Source: Stramenopiles sp. TOSAG23-2 (Eukaryota). From it: DNA of 57,485 nt. The DNA lies in contig LT649256.1 of NCBI GenBank assembly GCA_900128395.1, positions 1 to 57,485 of the forward strand, written 5' to 3'. Positions 41,531 to 53,533 of the stretch are shown piece by piece (within the stretch, counting starts at the first letter, position 1; each line of letters opens with the position of its first letter). A program made the translations under genes and the position numbers. The notes under the pieces were generated by a model, which was not told where the DNA came from, did no database searches, and saw only the letters and a list, made by a program, of their open reading frames with translations.

Positions 41531-42739
41531 TTACAAATTAGATAATGTTAATGGTTTGACATCTGGAATTTTACCGACATCGAATTTTGGATTGTTTGGT
41601 ACTTGACTACCCATACGACCAAGACTTTGTAAACATGATGCAAGTTCTTCCATCATTGATTTTACCAATGCTGCTGCTGGAGGAATGGAAGTGATCCCGC
41701 CAATCGCTTGACCTGCTTGTGCACAATCACTATCTTCGTTCCACATTTCATCATCTCTTACATCATTCCAAAATCCTTCTTCTGGGCGTTTCCCAATACC
41801 TTGTCCATGACGTGATAATGGTCCACCAAAATATGTTTTTGGATTAATTTCTCCATCTCGCATTGCTTGTTGAATTGGTACAATACCTTTTCCAAGCAAT
41901 TCACGCATTTCAGCTTCTCGGTTGGCCCATTCATCATTATATTTATTTTTAATAACTCTTAATGGACGTCCTGTATAAATTTCAATACGTCTGGTATCGT
42001 TAGATCCTGCTTTTAAGATTGCTTTATGCCATCCTTTGTTACAATTTGCTTCCAAACTAGAAAGAAATCTTGTACCAACCCATACACCTTGAGCACCTAA
42101 TGCAAAACATGCTGCAATACCTCTTCCATCGAAAATACCACCTCCCCCAACAAGAACTGCTTTGCCTTTACACATATCAGCGCATTGGGGTAAAAGTACG
42201 ACAGTGGAAATATCACCACTATGTGCACCACCTTCACCACCAGTAGCACAAATAATATCAACACCCAAAGCCAATGCTTTGCTGACATGTTTTGGTCTGC
42301 CGGCCATATTCATAATTAAAATCCCATTTTCATGCAATTTATCGACAACCCATTGTGGTGGGATACCAACAGCACATACAAACAACGGGACTTTTTCTTC
42401 AACCATAACATCAACTAATGCTTCGAGTTGACCTCCTGTATAATCTTTATTTGTTTTACGTGCATTACCACCAACTTGTGGAAGCAACAAGTCAAGACCA
42501 AATGGAAGGGTGCCAGCAATGGAATCACCAGGCAATAACATGGATTTCAAGCGTCTTACTTCAGCTCTGCATCCTTCTGGAGACATACCTATTGCACCAA
42601 TTGTACCAATACCACCTGCATTAGATACTGCAGCGGCTAACTCTGCACCAGTGACATGTCCCATACCGGCGCACATGATGGGATACCTTATGCCCAATAC
42701 TTTTGTTAATTCCGTATCAAATTTATCTGGTAAACTCAT
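41531..42739 (-). CDS. Nitronate monooxygenase / 2-nitropropane dioxygenase family flavoprotein (FabK-like)
   Basis: LGIRYPIMCAGMG, ELAAAVSNAGGIGTI, GGEGGAHSG, GGGIFDGRG, GAQGVWVGTRF, AGQAIG. Likely start ATG 42739 (MSLPDKF). Confidence 0.92.
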   Translation of the reverse strand: MSLPDKFDTELTKVLGIRYPIMCAGMGHVTGAELAAAVSNAGGIGTIGAIGMSPEGCRAEVRRLKSMLLPGDSIAGTLPFGLDLLLPQVGGNARKTNKDYTGGQLEALVDVMVEEKVPLFVCAVGIPPQWVVDKLHENGILIMNMAGRPKHVSKALALGVDIICATGGEGGAHSGDISTVVLLPQCADMCKGKAVLVGGGGIFDGRGIAACFALGAQGVWVGTRFLSSLEANCNKGWHKAILKAGSNDTRRIEIYTGRPLRVIKNKYNDEWANREAEMRELLGKGIVPIQQAMRDGEINPKTYFGGPLSRHGQGIGKRPEEGFWNDVRDDEMWNEDSDCAQAGQAIGGITSIPPAAALVKSMMEELASCLQSLGRMGSQVPNNPKFDVGKIPDVKPLTLSNL

Positions 42740-43432
42740 TTTTGTTTTTTGTGTTTGTTGTTTCTTTTCAGTTGTTCCTTCTTTTGTTTGTGTTTTGTTT
42801 AATTGTAAATTCATTTTTTCCATTAAAAATATATATTGGCACACATTGAGAAAAAAAAAGAAAGAAAAGTTGGACAGAGACTAGGTTCACACTGTGTTTG
42901 ATATTACGAAACGTGCAAACAGACAAATAACTTAAAAATAGGAAACATTTGCATATAATATAATACAATACAAATATAATTATTAAGGTACATAATAATA
43001 AATATACATATACATTAAAACGTATAACAATACAATACATATACTACTAACTAGTAACATATACGTGAATACTACTCTAAGAATACATACATGTAAAAAT
43101 AAAAAAAAGAGAAGCGTCATGAGCCTACTCAAGGTTAAGGTCTTTTACACTCAAGTGCTCAAGTAGGCCACTAGACATCAAAACGAGACCTATCAGTAAA
43201 TATCAGCCTCTATAATATTCATCCAATCAGGCAACAGAGAGAGAGCATTTTTCACTTATTCAAAATCAATTTAAATTATTAATATATATATATTTATACA
43301 TAACTATATTGTTGAGCATTTTTACATAATGTACGAAAAAAAAGATAAAAGACAATAATACAACAAACGAACCTTTTATTTATATATAAACTTAATATTT
43401 GTAGTAATATAGATATTAGTATTAATACCGAA

Positions 43433-46400
43433 ATGTATGAATATTTTAAACAAATAATAACGATGCATCATATCTCGTTCCTGATTATATTTTTTTTCTG
43501 TTATATAACAAATGATATATTGAAAATCGTCCCTATTGTACAGGCATATCAATATATACCACCGGATAGTCCAATTATACGTGGTACTTTTTCACCATAT
43601 GCACAAGGTTTTACTGGTTATTATGGGGAACCGTCTGATCCTAGGCGTTACCCGGTGAATCCAGGTAATCCATTGTCGCCTGATAAACCATTACGTTTCA
43701 CAGGTGTTAATGGACGTCAAAATTGTCCTGGTATGATTGGTCCACTAGATGGTATGGTACGTTTAATATTATTTATTACTAACTAATATATATATCCATA
43801 TACCTACATAGTACACATAACAAATATCTAACAAATATTTATATATTTTATACACATCAATAAATATAGTATTATTGTACTGATAAAGCATTTGGTTATT
43901 GTGATAGAAGAAGTGGTGCTTGCTTTTGTGGTGGTGGTTATACAGGTTTAGATTGTAGTGCTTGTAGACCAACACATTATATTTCATATACAGGTGGTTC
44001 AACTGGATATTCATGTGTACAGAAAAAACGATGTCCAAATGATTGTTCTGGTGGGGGTACTTGTAATTTTGAAACTGGGGATTGTAAGTGTGAACCTTGG
44101 CGTATCGGTGCTGATTGTTCGCAACCAATTTGTAAGCAATACGATCCATTGTGTGAACAGTGTGATGATAAACAATGCAGACGTTGTAAGGAAGGGTATT
44201 ATGTAAAATCACAACCGTTTTTTAACCAAGAAACTCAAATGAATGAAACTTGTGCACTTTGTACTGCATTCGATCCACGCTGTACGCTATGTACGGAAAC
44301 GGAAGGTTGTATTTCATGCGCCGATCCTGTTTTAAAAAGTATTCGACGTTCTGGTAGAAGACGATGGGATCCGGAACAGCCATTAGAAGAATTTATTCGT
44401 GAGTTATCCATTACCTTGCCGTTCGGTTCGCAACGTCCGGAAGCGTTTGATGAAGCAGAACCATTTTTAGTAGTTTCAACACCAAAGCCGTTAAGAGATT
44501 TAACTGTAAGTTGTGCACAAGGTTTAGTGTTTGATACGCAATTTCATTGTTCCCCGGTCACAACATCGCATCGTTATTGTGGTCATGGTGGTACAATTTC
44601 ATTTAATTCCCCGGAATATAGCGTTAGCGAATCCAACCGTAATTTAAGTGTCACCGTGCGTAGAACTGGTGGGGGTGTTGGGGAAGTTAGTTGTGATTAT
44701 GCATTTATTTACGATAGTGATGCATCAACTTCAGATGTCACTGCTACAGCACCATATACCAGTGTGCAACGTTTAACGTTTCCACCAGGAGTAATTCGCT
44801 TGCAGTTTTTCATTACAGTGCATGGTGATGTGGATAGAGAAATGAATGAAACGTTTGTGATTGGTTTAAGTAATCCATCTGATGGAGCAATGCTGGGACC
44901 ACAAAGTAAAACAATTGTAACTATTATTGATGATGATTTTGCATCAACGGTTCCACCACAAACAACAGCAACAGGTGCTGGTATTAATTACGACCCGGTT
45001 GCATACGTAAATAATTACGTCGAAGTTATGCCTCGAAATTATTTAGGAGAATGGCGTGATGCGATCGATGAACGAGATATGTTTTGGTATGAAGTATGGG
45101 ATACAGATCGTGAAATAGATAATACAGGGCCGGATGGCCATAACCCAAGAGGGACAGAAGGCACACATGTCATGCCAGGGGAAGGAAGAACGTCAAGGGA
45201 GCTAGGTATTAATATGGCCCACGCTCGTGTTGCACCAGTCTTATCAGAAGGATTGTGTACACCAATAACTACAAACGCTAATCATACGCATACGGATGGT
45301 GATATTCCATTTGATCGATCAGGTCGTCAATCAGATGGAAATCATACTGGGCATAAGCATATTGCTGGAACCCATCATTGTGTTTATAGACCGCCACGAA
45401 GTGGTAATTTTTCACTAGTCGTACGGCATTTATGGAAAGACAATGATGGTGGGTTAATTGGTGAATATTTTGAAAATTCATATTTTCAAGGCGCACCAAT
45501 TATCACTCGTGTCGATGCTGTGTTGAACTTTACATGGGATGAAGGGCCTGTAACGAGGCTTGGTTCCGATTTTATTTCCATACGTTGGCATGGAAAAATA
45601 TTACCAAAACATGCTACGGGAACATATGATTATAGCTTTCATTTATTAGCTGATGATAATGCGCGTCTTTGGATCGATGGCGATTTAATAATAGATACAT
45701 GGGATTGCGCTGATACGCGATTTCCATATAGAGCCCATTCGGTGTATGGTATTGTAACTGCGCCGACGACGTTTGATGAGCTGCCCCCATGTAATGAAAC
45801 GACTGGTGTCGTACCCATGACTGGTGGGCATTATCATGATATTCGAGTTGAATACCGTGAGCTACGTGGGCGAGCAAGTATACGTTTAGGCTGGAGTAGT
45901 GCAATAGATCAAGCGGCGGTGGAGAAGCAAGTCGTCCCTTCAAGGAATTTGTTTCAAGTCAGGCATATTTCTGGATCTCCATTTAAAATGTTAGTACAAC
46001 CTGATTTAACAGTTGCATCGGAAACAATAGCGGCTGGCAAAGGATTAGTGGAAGTTACTGCTGGTGATTATGCATATTTCACGATCCATCCTAGAGATAT
46101 ACGTGGTAATCCACGTTTATACCATGCCGAGTATGATGAGTTTCACGTTGAATTGACATTAGTTTCACATGATGGAAATGGAATTAGTGATGGAACGGTC
46201 CATGCTTCCTCAACAGTTTTTGATAAAGATAAGGGAGTTTTTGAAGTGAAATATCGCGTTTTTAACAGCGGTAATTGGAGCATGGATGTTACATTTTTAG
46301 AGCGCAATCACAGTCAAACAAATTTAGAAGCGGAGTGGAGACATATACGCGGTTCGCCATTTTCCATCTCCGTATACGAAGCATTACCAAATGGTTTAGC

Positions 46401-49400
46401 ATGTGATGCATTTGGTGAAGGGTTGTATTATGGAGTCGCCGGAGAGCCTCATGTATTTACAATCCGTGTTCGTGATCATTTAAGGAATGTAAGAGAATTT
46501 CATGATGATAGAAAATATTTTTTTGCAAATGCATATCATCCACTATTCCAAGAAATTTACCCAGGAACTGTGGAAAAATTATATGGATTTGATCAAGAAG
46601 GAAATTATAGTGTGACGTATGTTCCGAGACGAACGGGTAAAAATATTTCGTTGACAGTGAAGATAAATTCATACCACGTTGCAAATAAAGGTAAATTGGA
46701 TGAATACAACAAGCCAAAAATGTACGGTACATATAGTGCCTTTCTCGGATCATCCCCGTGGACAATCGAGGTAAATTCAACCTACGCAGATGCATTGACC
46801 ACGAGTGCTGGGGGTGCGGATCCATCCGGTCTATCGTTTTGCACTGCAAGTATTGAATGTTACTTCACAGTGGAAGTACGCGATCGTTTTTACAACACAC
46901 GATATGAATGGGGTGGTGGTGATGGGCCTAAATTGACAACGGCGATACGTATCACACCAACTGGTCGAATTCCACCACCTGAAGGTGGTTTCCCAGTAAA
47001 CGATTTTCCAAATGCAGCTAGAAAAGTTTGTGAAAATGAATTGGGTGGAGTATGGAATCATCCGATTGAATTAAGTTCACATGAGACATCCATGTCATGC
47101 TATCATAATGAATCAAAAGAAGATGGCCGAGTAGTGACGGATTATCATAATGGTACCTATTTATTGGCATATGTACCACGTTATTCCGGTATGAACCTGC
47201 TTGATATTAAGTTAGAAGGTAAACATATTTTTGAATCTCCCTTCACCGTGAACGTTGTTGATGGTGCAGCCATGGGAAATAATAGCACTGCAATTGGTAA
47301 AGGTTTGTATCATGCAGTTGCAGGTATTGAAGATAAATTTACGATTCAAGCAAAGGATGAGTGGGATAATCTAAAAACATTTCCTGGTGATAATTTCGAG
47401 GTTTTCCTGGTGTACAATCCGACGGGACCACATGAAGCAAATAATAGACCAAATGGTACGTTTAGATATAATGCTACATCGGCTTATATTGGTGGTGGTC
47501 GATATGAAGTTGTGTATACAGTTCTTATTAGTGGCGATTATAAATTGCACGTGAAATTGGACAACATGCATATACACGGATCACCGTTTACCCCATATGT
47601 GGAACCAAATGTTGCAAATGCAACTGTAACGTTGTTGCTACCATATTTATTGAGCCATTCCATGGTTGATGATAACGTTCCAATCAGACATATTGACTCA
47701 AATACATGGCCGGCAAGTTATACATCAACGTGGAATGGTTTAGTAACCGGTGGTACGGCCGGTTACCTGTCGCCGTTTACAATTCAAGCGAAAGACCATT
47801 ATGGAAACAACCGCACAGCAGATCAATCATTAGATGTTTTTACTGTAACACTTGAGGGTGTTGCACCAAATGCTGGTATGAGCGATTTGCCTGATGCACC
47901 ACCAAACATCACGCTCGATGCGGTGTACATGGGATACGATGGGCAATATAACGGTTCATACTGGCCTTTAATTGCTGGACAATATCGCTTAAATGTGATC
48001 TTAAATGGAGTACACGTTGCACGATCACCATATGATGTTGAAATTTTCCCTGATCATACCAACGGCCATAATTGCACGGCAGTTGGACCAGGGTTATCAA
48101 GCGCAACCTCAGATGTCGAAACTCATTTCACCATCCAAGCAAGGGATGTGTTCAATAACCCTCAAGTCCATACGGTACAAGATCAATTTTATATACAAGC
48201 AATACGGCAACCTATAGATTCATTATCGCCTATTTTTAACGAGACGGAAATTGTACATATAGATAAATCCCACGGGCAATATTATGTTCGCTACACGCCG
48301 AAAGCATCGGGTTTATATTTGTTACGCATAGCCTTGTTACCACCAATTGGAAGGCACCTAGCAACTACTCGCGATATCAAGGCACATGTAAAACAACATC
48401 ATGACCTTGGCCCACGAGCGGTGTGGGAGAGTATTCAATCGGAAGAAATTACTGGCAGCCCATTTGTTGTGTATGTCAATGATGGCGCCGTATCTGCGGA
48501 TACAAGCTCTACATGGGGCATTGCACTTTCACATGCAACGGCTGGCGTGCCAGGTTTGTTTTACGTTCAGGCAAGGGACAAGGCATTGAATAATCGATCA
48601 ACTGGGGGTGATACAATCTCTTTCGAAGTATTAAGCACGGAAGATGAATACAAATGGCCATCTGGTGGACATTATAATGTAACGGGTGAATTTAAAGAGT
48701 ATAATAAAGATGGAATATTGACTACGAAAGCAATTGGAGAAGTTCGTTATGTTCGCAATGGTTTATACAGATGTATTTATAACGCTACGAAACGTGGAAA
48801 TTATTCAATTTCTGTGAAAATTGGTGGTAAACATGTTATAGCAAGTCCATTCGAAGCTTACATAACGCCTAATTATGCAGATGCAAAATCATGTGACATT
48901 GGCGGTGGCGGCGTAGCATCTGCCGAGGGTGTCAACGGTTTATCCTTGCCTACAATTGTAAAAGGTACGAGTAGCCTTGGAACAGCTAACTTTACTGTAG
49001 TTACTCGTGATCGATTTGGGAATCGAATGGATAGGGGTGGAGATAATTTCTTGGTACGTTTAGATGGCCCGACACAAATACATGCAGTCATGAAGGATTT
49101 AGGAAAAGGATCGTATCGCTCTGAATATATCGTCCCTTTTAATGGTACGTACCGTTTATCCGTGGCACTTGTCAAAGGATACTTGACTGGGGATGGTGGA
49201 GGCTTACATGGTGAATATTATAACGTCCATGACTTCATATCAGAACCATTCATGAAGAGAAATGATTTAACCATTGATACTGAACTTGGCATCGATGTTG
49301 CAGCTGTGCGTTGGCGTGGTCTTTTAATCCCGCCACATAATGGTTTATGGACTTTCTACATTGTTTCAGGTGGAATAAATCATTTAGGTGGACATGCAAA

Positions 49401-49710
49401 ATTAATTTTTAACGGCAAAGAAATTATAAATGGAAATATTAATGCAGGCGAATATGCAAGTGGCAGCATACCAGCTATTGGGGCTGTCCCATATAACGTA
49501 ACTATTGAATGGATGCGATATGGTGAAGGTGAAAGACCAATTTCATTGGAATGGAGTGGGCCAAGATTAGGCAATTTAACGCATACAAATGAAGAATTTA
49601 GTAAACGTGTTGTAGTACCAGCATCTGTCCTAGCAGCTACGGCTGAACATTTACCAGGAAGTCCATTTTTAATTGCAAATTCTGGAATGGGGGAAGGGAG
49701 TGAATATTAA
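43433..49710 (+). CDS. Large secreted/surface protein: EGF-like, Calx-beta, PA14 x2, filamin/Ig repeats; two exons 43433..43756 + 43870..49710
   Basis: Signal peptide in exon 1. Splicing gives CPGMIGPLDGM|YYCTDKAFGYCDRRSGACFC, in frame with ORF 44149..49710. Calx-beta (FNSPEYSVSE...IIDDD); PA14 (GLIGEYF...FISIRWHG...DDNARLWID); many GSPF-terminated filamin repeats. Confidence 0.9.
43757..43869 (+). other. Spliceosomal GT-AG intron, phase 0, 113 nt
   Basis: Starts GTACGT, ends ATATAG, very AT-rich, contains TACTAAC and TCTAAC; removal restores the reading frame. Confidence 0.85.
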
Positions 49711-50299
49711 GGCATAATAAAAAAATGAGAGAGAGAGATAGTATTATATATTTTATTGTGAAAACGATAAACAGAGTGTATTCGTAAATAATGATTCGTA
49801 AACCGCGGACACGTGAAAAAGATTTCATTTTTTCATAGGAACATTACGTTACTTAAAACACTATTAAAATTCGTCGTTATTATATTCACAAACTTCATTT
49901 ACCGGATTCCTTTTCGAAAAATGGGAAAAGAATTTTTGTACTAATTGTATACTAAATGTTAATATATTTACTATATGATATGGTAAAAAATCTGTCTTAC
50001 GCGTGTACATACCCTGGCACATAGCAATGCCTTAGTATTATGACATATCATAGACATACATGTATAATATATATGAATAAATTGCATGTAGATAGATCAA
50101 TGAAACAATATAACATTATTTTAATTATAGATGTTATATCATCTTGTGGTAATCATAAATCTATAACGTAAGCATTTAATATTAATAGCAAACGGCGTAT
50201 CAAATATATGTTTGGTCATAACAATCATTAGATCCCATTTAATATAATAATTAGTAGATTTGTGAAATATATTAATATATTCGTCACCACATTATACCA

Positions 50300-51990
50300 A
50301 TGCGGATACTACTATTATTATTGCTAATTAGTGTATCTGCCATATATGCAAATCAAAGTTATTGCCAATGGAAGGTAAATGGTAAATGTAAGATTTGTAC
50401 ATTTAATTTATATTTATTAAATGGTAATTGTGTGAAAAGTTGTCCAAGTGGATATGTGGAGAGAAGACCAAATTGGGTACATTAATAGAAGTTGCCATAT
50501 TTCTATGGGTAACAACATTGTATAGTGTGAATGCATACCAAACGTTATCTGGATTTGACTGTACAAGATCGGCATCAGGTACGTATGCTACATTAGATAT
50601 GGATCCAGAAATATCATGTGGCAATAATGAAAAACATACCATTATTGTGGTATCTTCATTAATTAGCTTAATGTTGTATACACTATTGCCAATGATTTAT
50701 TATTTTCGTAACAGTTCTCTTTGTTGTTTTTGTGAAGAAAAAGCATTGCATGTCGAATGGGTATATCCCCATCATTGTATATACTATAATGATAACGATT
50801 GTAAAGTGTGTCATGACTGCGAATTTTGTGATTACCGTCAACGTTATGGTTGGTTTTACAATAAATATTATGATAGATGTTTCAATTACGAATTTGTTGT
50901 GATTTTGCAAAAAATATTGATTAGTGGAATAACATTATTTTTCACGACGCATAAAATTATATCGCTGTCAATGTTGATTGGTTTAAATATAATTTTTATA
51001 GGAATAACAGCATATTATCGGCCGTATTTAACAGATGCAGAATTTTTAAGAATAAAAAATTTAGGTCATGAAAAAGCTAATATTCAACGTACTAAAAAAT
51101 GTTCCAAAGAAGGTTTTGGTGTAAATAACTGTTTAGATCTTCTATTTTTAATAGGAGAAACATGTTTATGTATATCCTCATTAATTGCATATAATTTAGA
51201 GTTAACTATGCAAAGCGAGATGCAGGAAGATCTGTTATTATTGGCGTCGACTAATAATACCAATACTACTTTAAATGGAACAACATCTGTTTTGATATTT
51301 CAACAACAAGAAGCATTGGCTGCACATATTGCGAGAAAATACCCAAAAGAGAGTGAAATCATTGCTATTTTTGATTCTGTTGGTTTAATTGTTTTTTTTT
51401 CTGGCTTTTTATATCTGTTCAAGTACATGTTTGCATTTTTATGTGGGAAGCTGAGTCGTAAGCTGAGAAAACGGAGGATAGCAGGGAAGCCAACTGAAAT
51501 TGTACCAACATCAACTCATACAATAAACAAGAACAACAATATAAGTAGAAGACGTAGTTTAACATCCACAATGTTTGATAAAGATTTAGAAGCATCAACT
51601 ATACATAAAGTGATGTTCAACGATGAGAAACGGAAAGCGTTGAGTAGATTAGAACGGAGAAAATTGTTAAGAAAGCAAGGCAATACGGGTAACATGGAGC
51701 AAAATAATTCAGAAAGTGAAATGATTAGAAAAACTAATATGAAAGAGAGGAAGCGTAGAAATAGTATAACGTCTACCATGCATATTAAACATCGAGCACA
51801 AGAAGAAATTTTGAAAAACCAAATCAATGAACGTAGACGGTCCTCGAAAAACCGACTGTTGAAAAGACTTACTGCGCATAAAAAATCGAAAAATAGAAGG
51901 CAAGTAGAGTCAAATTCAGAAAATGGTGGAAAAAAAGATCAAAACGATACGGGACATTTAAAGCAAGAAGAAAATTTGAATTTTATTTAA
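50300..51990 (+). pseudogene. Signal peptide + furin-like Cys repeat joined out of frame to a multi-TM region (internally deleted gene or misassembly)
   Basis: 50300..~50470: MRILLLLLLISVSAIYA, CKIC..NLYLLNGNCVKSCPSGY. The other frame continues GTLIEVAIFLW...FDC...LDMDPEISC, several TM helices and a basic tail. Confidence 0.6.
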
Positions 51991-52302
51991 AAACCATGCT
52001 ATTGATGACCAGTGTCATTAAATGTACAGAGATGTATTTGACGACACACAACTTTTATATTAAAAATTTAAAAAGAAACATTTTGAATCTAGCAAATTAA
52101 TAGGTACATTTGATACTCGTAATATATTTATTTTCACATAATATGGTTGTAGAGTGTAAAATCAAAATGATACGCACCACACGTATTAAATAAATATACT
52201 CCACACGCGTGTTTTTATAATTTTTTTTTGATTTTTAAACATGTACACTGCAAATTATATTATATACGAATTACATAAAATTTATCTTGGATAAGCATTT
52301 TT

Positions 52303-52791
52303 CTAACAGCAATTTGCTTCGCTTAATGTCCTACTTTCCATTTCCGATTCGTCATCAAATGCAAATAGATATTTACCAATGACTAAGCCAAAGATAGTTG
52401 AAAAGAAGTATCCACAATTAAACGTCATCGCTATTAACATTAAAAGATAGTCAATGCTTAAAGTAAAAAATGTAATAACAGATAATTTGCCTTTTTGTTT
52501 ATTTGCTGGTTTTTTTGCATCATTTACATTAGTTATCAAAGGATCTAGAGTCGGGCTATCTCTTAATTTGACACGGTTACGCATAGATGTGCGCCGAAAT
52601 GATTTTATATATTCATTTAATATACCTAGCAATACAACCACAAAACATAATACTCCATACCAAAACGCTGAGCATGTATATATGGATGAAAATAATAAAG
52701 GATCATTTAAATTTTGATGAAATTGCATATTCATCATAGCAGGTGAGCAACCATCTTTATTATGCGGCATCGGCATTGGCATGTTATTCAT
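52303..52791 (-). CDS. Ctr-family copper transporter
   Basis: Met-rich N-terminus (MNNMPMPMPH, MMNMQF), LLF, TM1, YLLMLIAMTFN (MxxxM), GLVIG (GxxxG), C-terminal CC. Confidence 0.92.
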   Translation of the reverse strand: MNNMPMPMPHNKDGCSPAMMNMQFHQNLNDPLLFSSIYTCSAFWYGVLCFVVVLLGILNEYIKSFRRTSMRNRVKLRDSPTLDPLITNVNDAKKPANKQKGKLSVITFFTLSIDYLLMLIAMTFNCGYFFSTIFGLVIGKYLFAFDDESEMESRTLSEANCC

Positions 52792-53533
52792 TATAGTTAT
52801 TTATATATTTATTTACTTATTTTCTAATATGTATTGTAGTATCGATCTTGATCAATTCTTAATGTTTTTCTATTTTTGTTTCCAAACACACAGAGATATG
52901 CATTTACACATCTATATATCTAATATATATTATTTAGGCTTTATTTAGGCTTTGCCTTATAAATGGAACAACTTCGAGCTGGTGATGAATTCTGGTCTGC
53001 TACATCAGTAATGGTATTCACATGCTATTCTATTACAGGTATTGCTGAAAAAAACACATGATAAAAAACACATGAAAAAATGATGCGCAAAAAATTATGA
53101 CATCATCTGGAACACAGCCTTTTTTAACTTTTTAATTTTCCCACTCTTCTTTTCTTCGTATTTTTCGCTTTTCGCGTTTGCTTTAATATTAGTCTAGTGA
53201 TATTATACTTGGCACCCACTCTAATATGCTTACATCTTACATATTTCCATCACGTTTATTAATTACGTTACAAAAATTCATCACATTATTATATTGTTAT
53301 TATGTAAAAATTATTATTGCAGTACTAGTCTATATTTACAAAGAATATTATATATACATATACGTATATTCTACAACTTATCAAAAAATATTTATCACAT
53401 GTATAAATAGTAGAGTATTTCACACAGCATTTTGTATAAAAGCGTAAAATAGGAACACCTTTGTGTTGTTCAATAGTAAGAAATAAACTTCATATTGGCA
53501 TTACGTACATAAAATAGTATATACATAAACAAT

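Noticed and set aside
26122-42739. Bacterial lipid operon (Fak fusion plus FabK-like NMO) or contamination
   Set aside because: The genes are 13 kb apart, separated by clearly eukaryotic genes, and share host-like composition.
53081-53094. TTTGCGCA (minus strand) upstream of the Ctr gene resembling a yeast Mac1 copper element
   Set aside because: Single short match; no evidence this organism has a Mac1-type regulator.
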